DNA of 17,257 bases, from positions 1 through 17,257 of the forward strand of contig JBFLWF010000038.1 in NCBI GenBank assembly GCA_040758355.1, given 5' to 3'. The position numbers were made by a program, and so were the translations under genes. The notes beneath the pieces are model-generated. The model had not been told where the DNA came from and ran no database searches. It saw only the letters and a list, made by a program, of their open reading frames with translations. Positions 17,017-17,257 of this stretch are shown in pieces (within the stretch, counting starts at the first letter, position 1; the number at the start of each line of letters is the position of its first letter). This DNA is from Nitrospirota bacterium (lineage in GTDB: Bacteria; Nitrospirota; Thermodesulfovibrionia; Thermodesulfovibrionales; Dissulfurispiraceae).

Positions 17017-17056
17017 CTTAGTATTACCATAAAATAATAAATATATTAGTAAATAG

Positions 17057-17105
17057 TAAATAGGGTCAGCGACTATTTATTTTGTTTTCTGGCTATTCTC
17101 GGCAT
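17057..17105 (-). pseudogene. Collapsed remnant of a RAYT / Y1 HUH transposase gene with a terminal palindrome
   Basis: Mini-ORF MPRIARKQNK* (17105-17073) followed by the palindrome TAAATAG-9 bp-CTATTTA. Confidence 0.45.
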
Positions 17106-17133
17106 GTGCTAATAGTAAAGCATCCACTCTATT

Positions 17134-17257
17134 GGCTCTTCGTGTAATCGAGTGGGTCATTTTATATCTCCTTGAGCATACATGTAAGTATTTTCAGGCG
17201 CAGATACTCCTCGTCTCTGAGACCGTAAGCCCTTCTCTGTATAACACGAATTTTGTT
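17134..17257 (-). mobile_element. ISL3-family insertion sequence, right end (partial)
   Basis: A terminal IR beginning GGCTCTTCG at 17134, typical of ISL3-family ends, lies 28 bp beyond the transposase stop. The flanking AT-rich ACTCTATT is the candidate 8-bp target duplication. Confidence 0.88.
17162..17257 (-). CDS. ISL3-family transposase, C-terminal fragment
   Basis: Manual translation gives NKIRVIQRRAYGLRDEEYLRLKILTCMLKEI*, matching the ISL3 tail motif N-K-I-(K/R)-x-I-x-R-x-AYG-x-R. Confidence 0.9.
   Translation of the reverse strand, partial: NKIRVIQRRAYGLRDEEYLRLKILTCMLKEI

Overview
The core of this window (about 750-16549) is housekeeping sequence from a moderately AT-rich bacterium. 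The gene set and protein style suggest Nitrospirota/Thermodesulfovibrionia or a deltaproteobacterium, which is an inference. It holds an FmdB-type zinc ribbon gene, rplU-rpmA-obgE-proB, glyQS, a DeaD-like RNA helicase, a TPP-riboswitch-controlled thiS-thiG-thiE-thiC operon, a PlsC-like acyltransferase, an HD protein, class II RNR nrdJ, a YdcF-family gene and pdxJ. Both ends run into insertion sequences missing from the ORF track. On the left, an IS3-family right end truncates a sugar-phosphate isomerase/epimerase-family gene; on the right is an ISL3-family right end. The main non-obvious observations are: (1) a decayed integron-type cassette at the pdxJ stop codon, with a degenerate attC, an intact DUF2281 antitoxin and an internally deleted PemK/MazF-like toxin; (2) dispersed short 7/9-mer tandem arrays that supply start/stop codons at gene junctions and add in-frame peptides to GlyS, ThiS and NrdJ; (3) a 24-bp divergent spacer built from back-to-back TATAAT boxes, suggesting two leaderless mRNAs; (4) a terminator-like hairpin in the helicase 5' UTR; (5) a collapsed RAYT-like transposase remnant and a CGTC-type REP doublet. 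All family assignments are by motif recognition; no searches were run.
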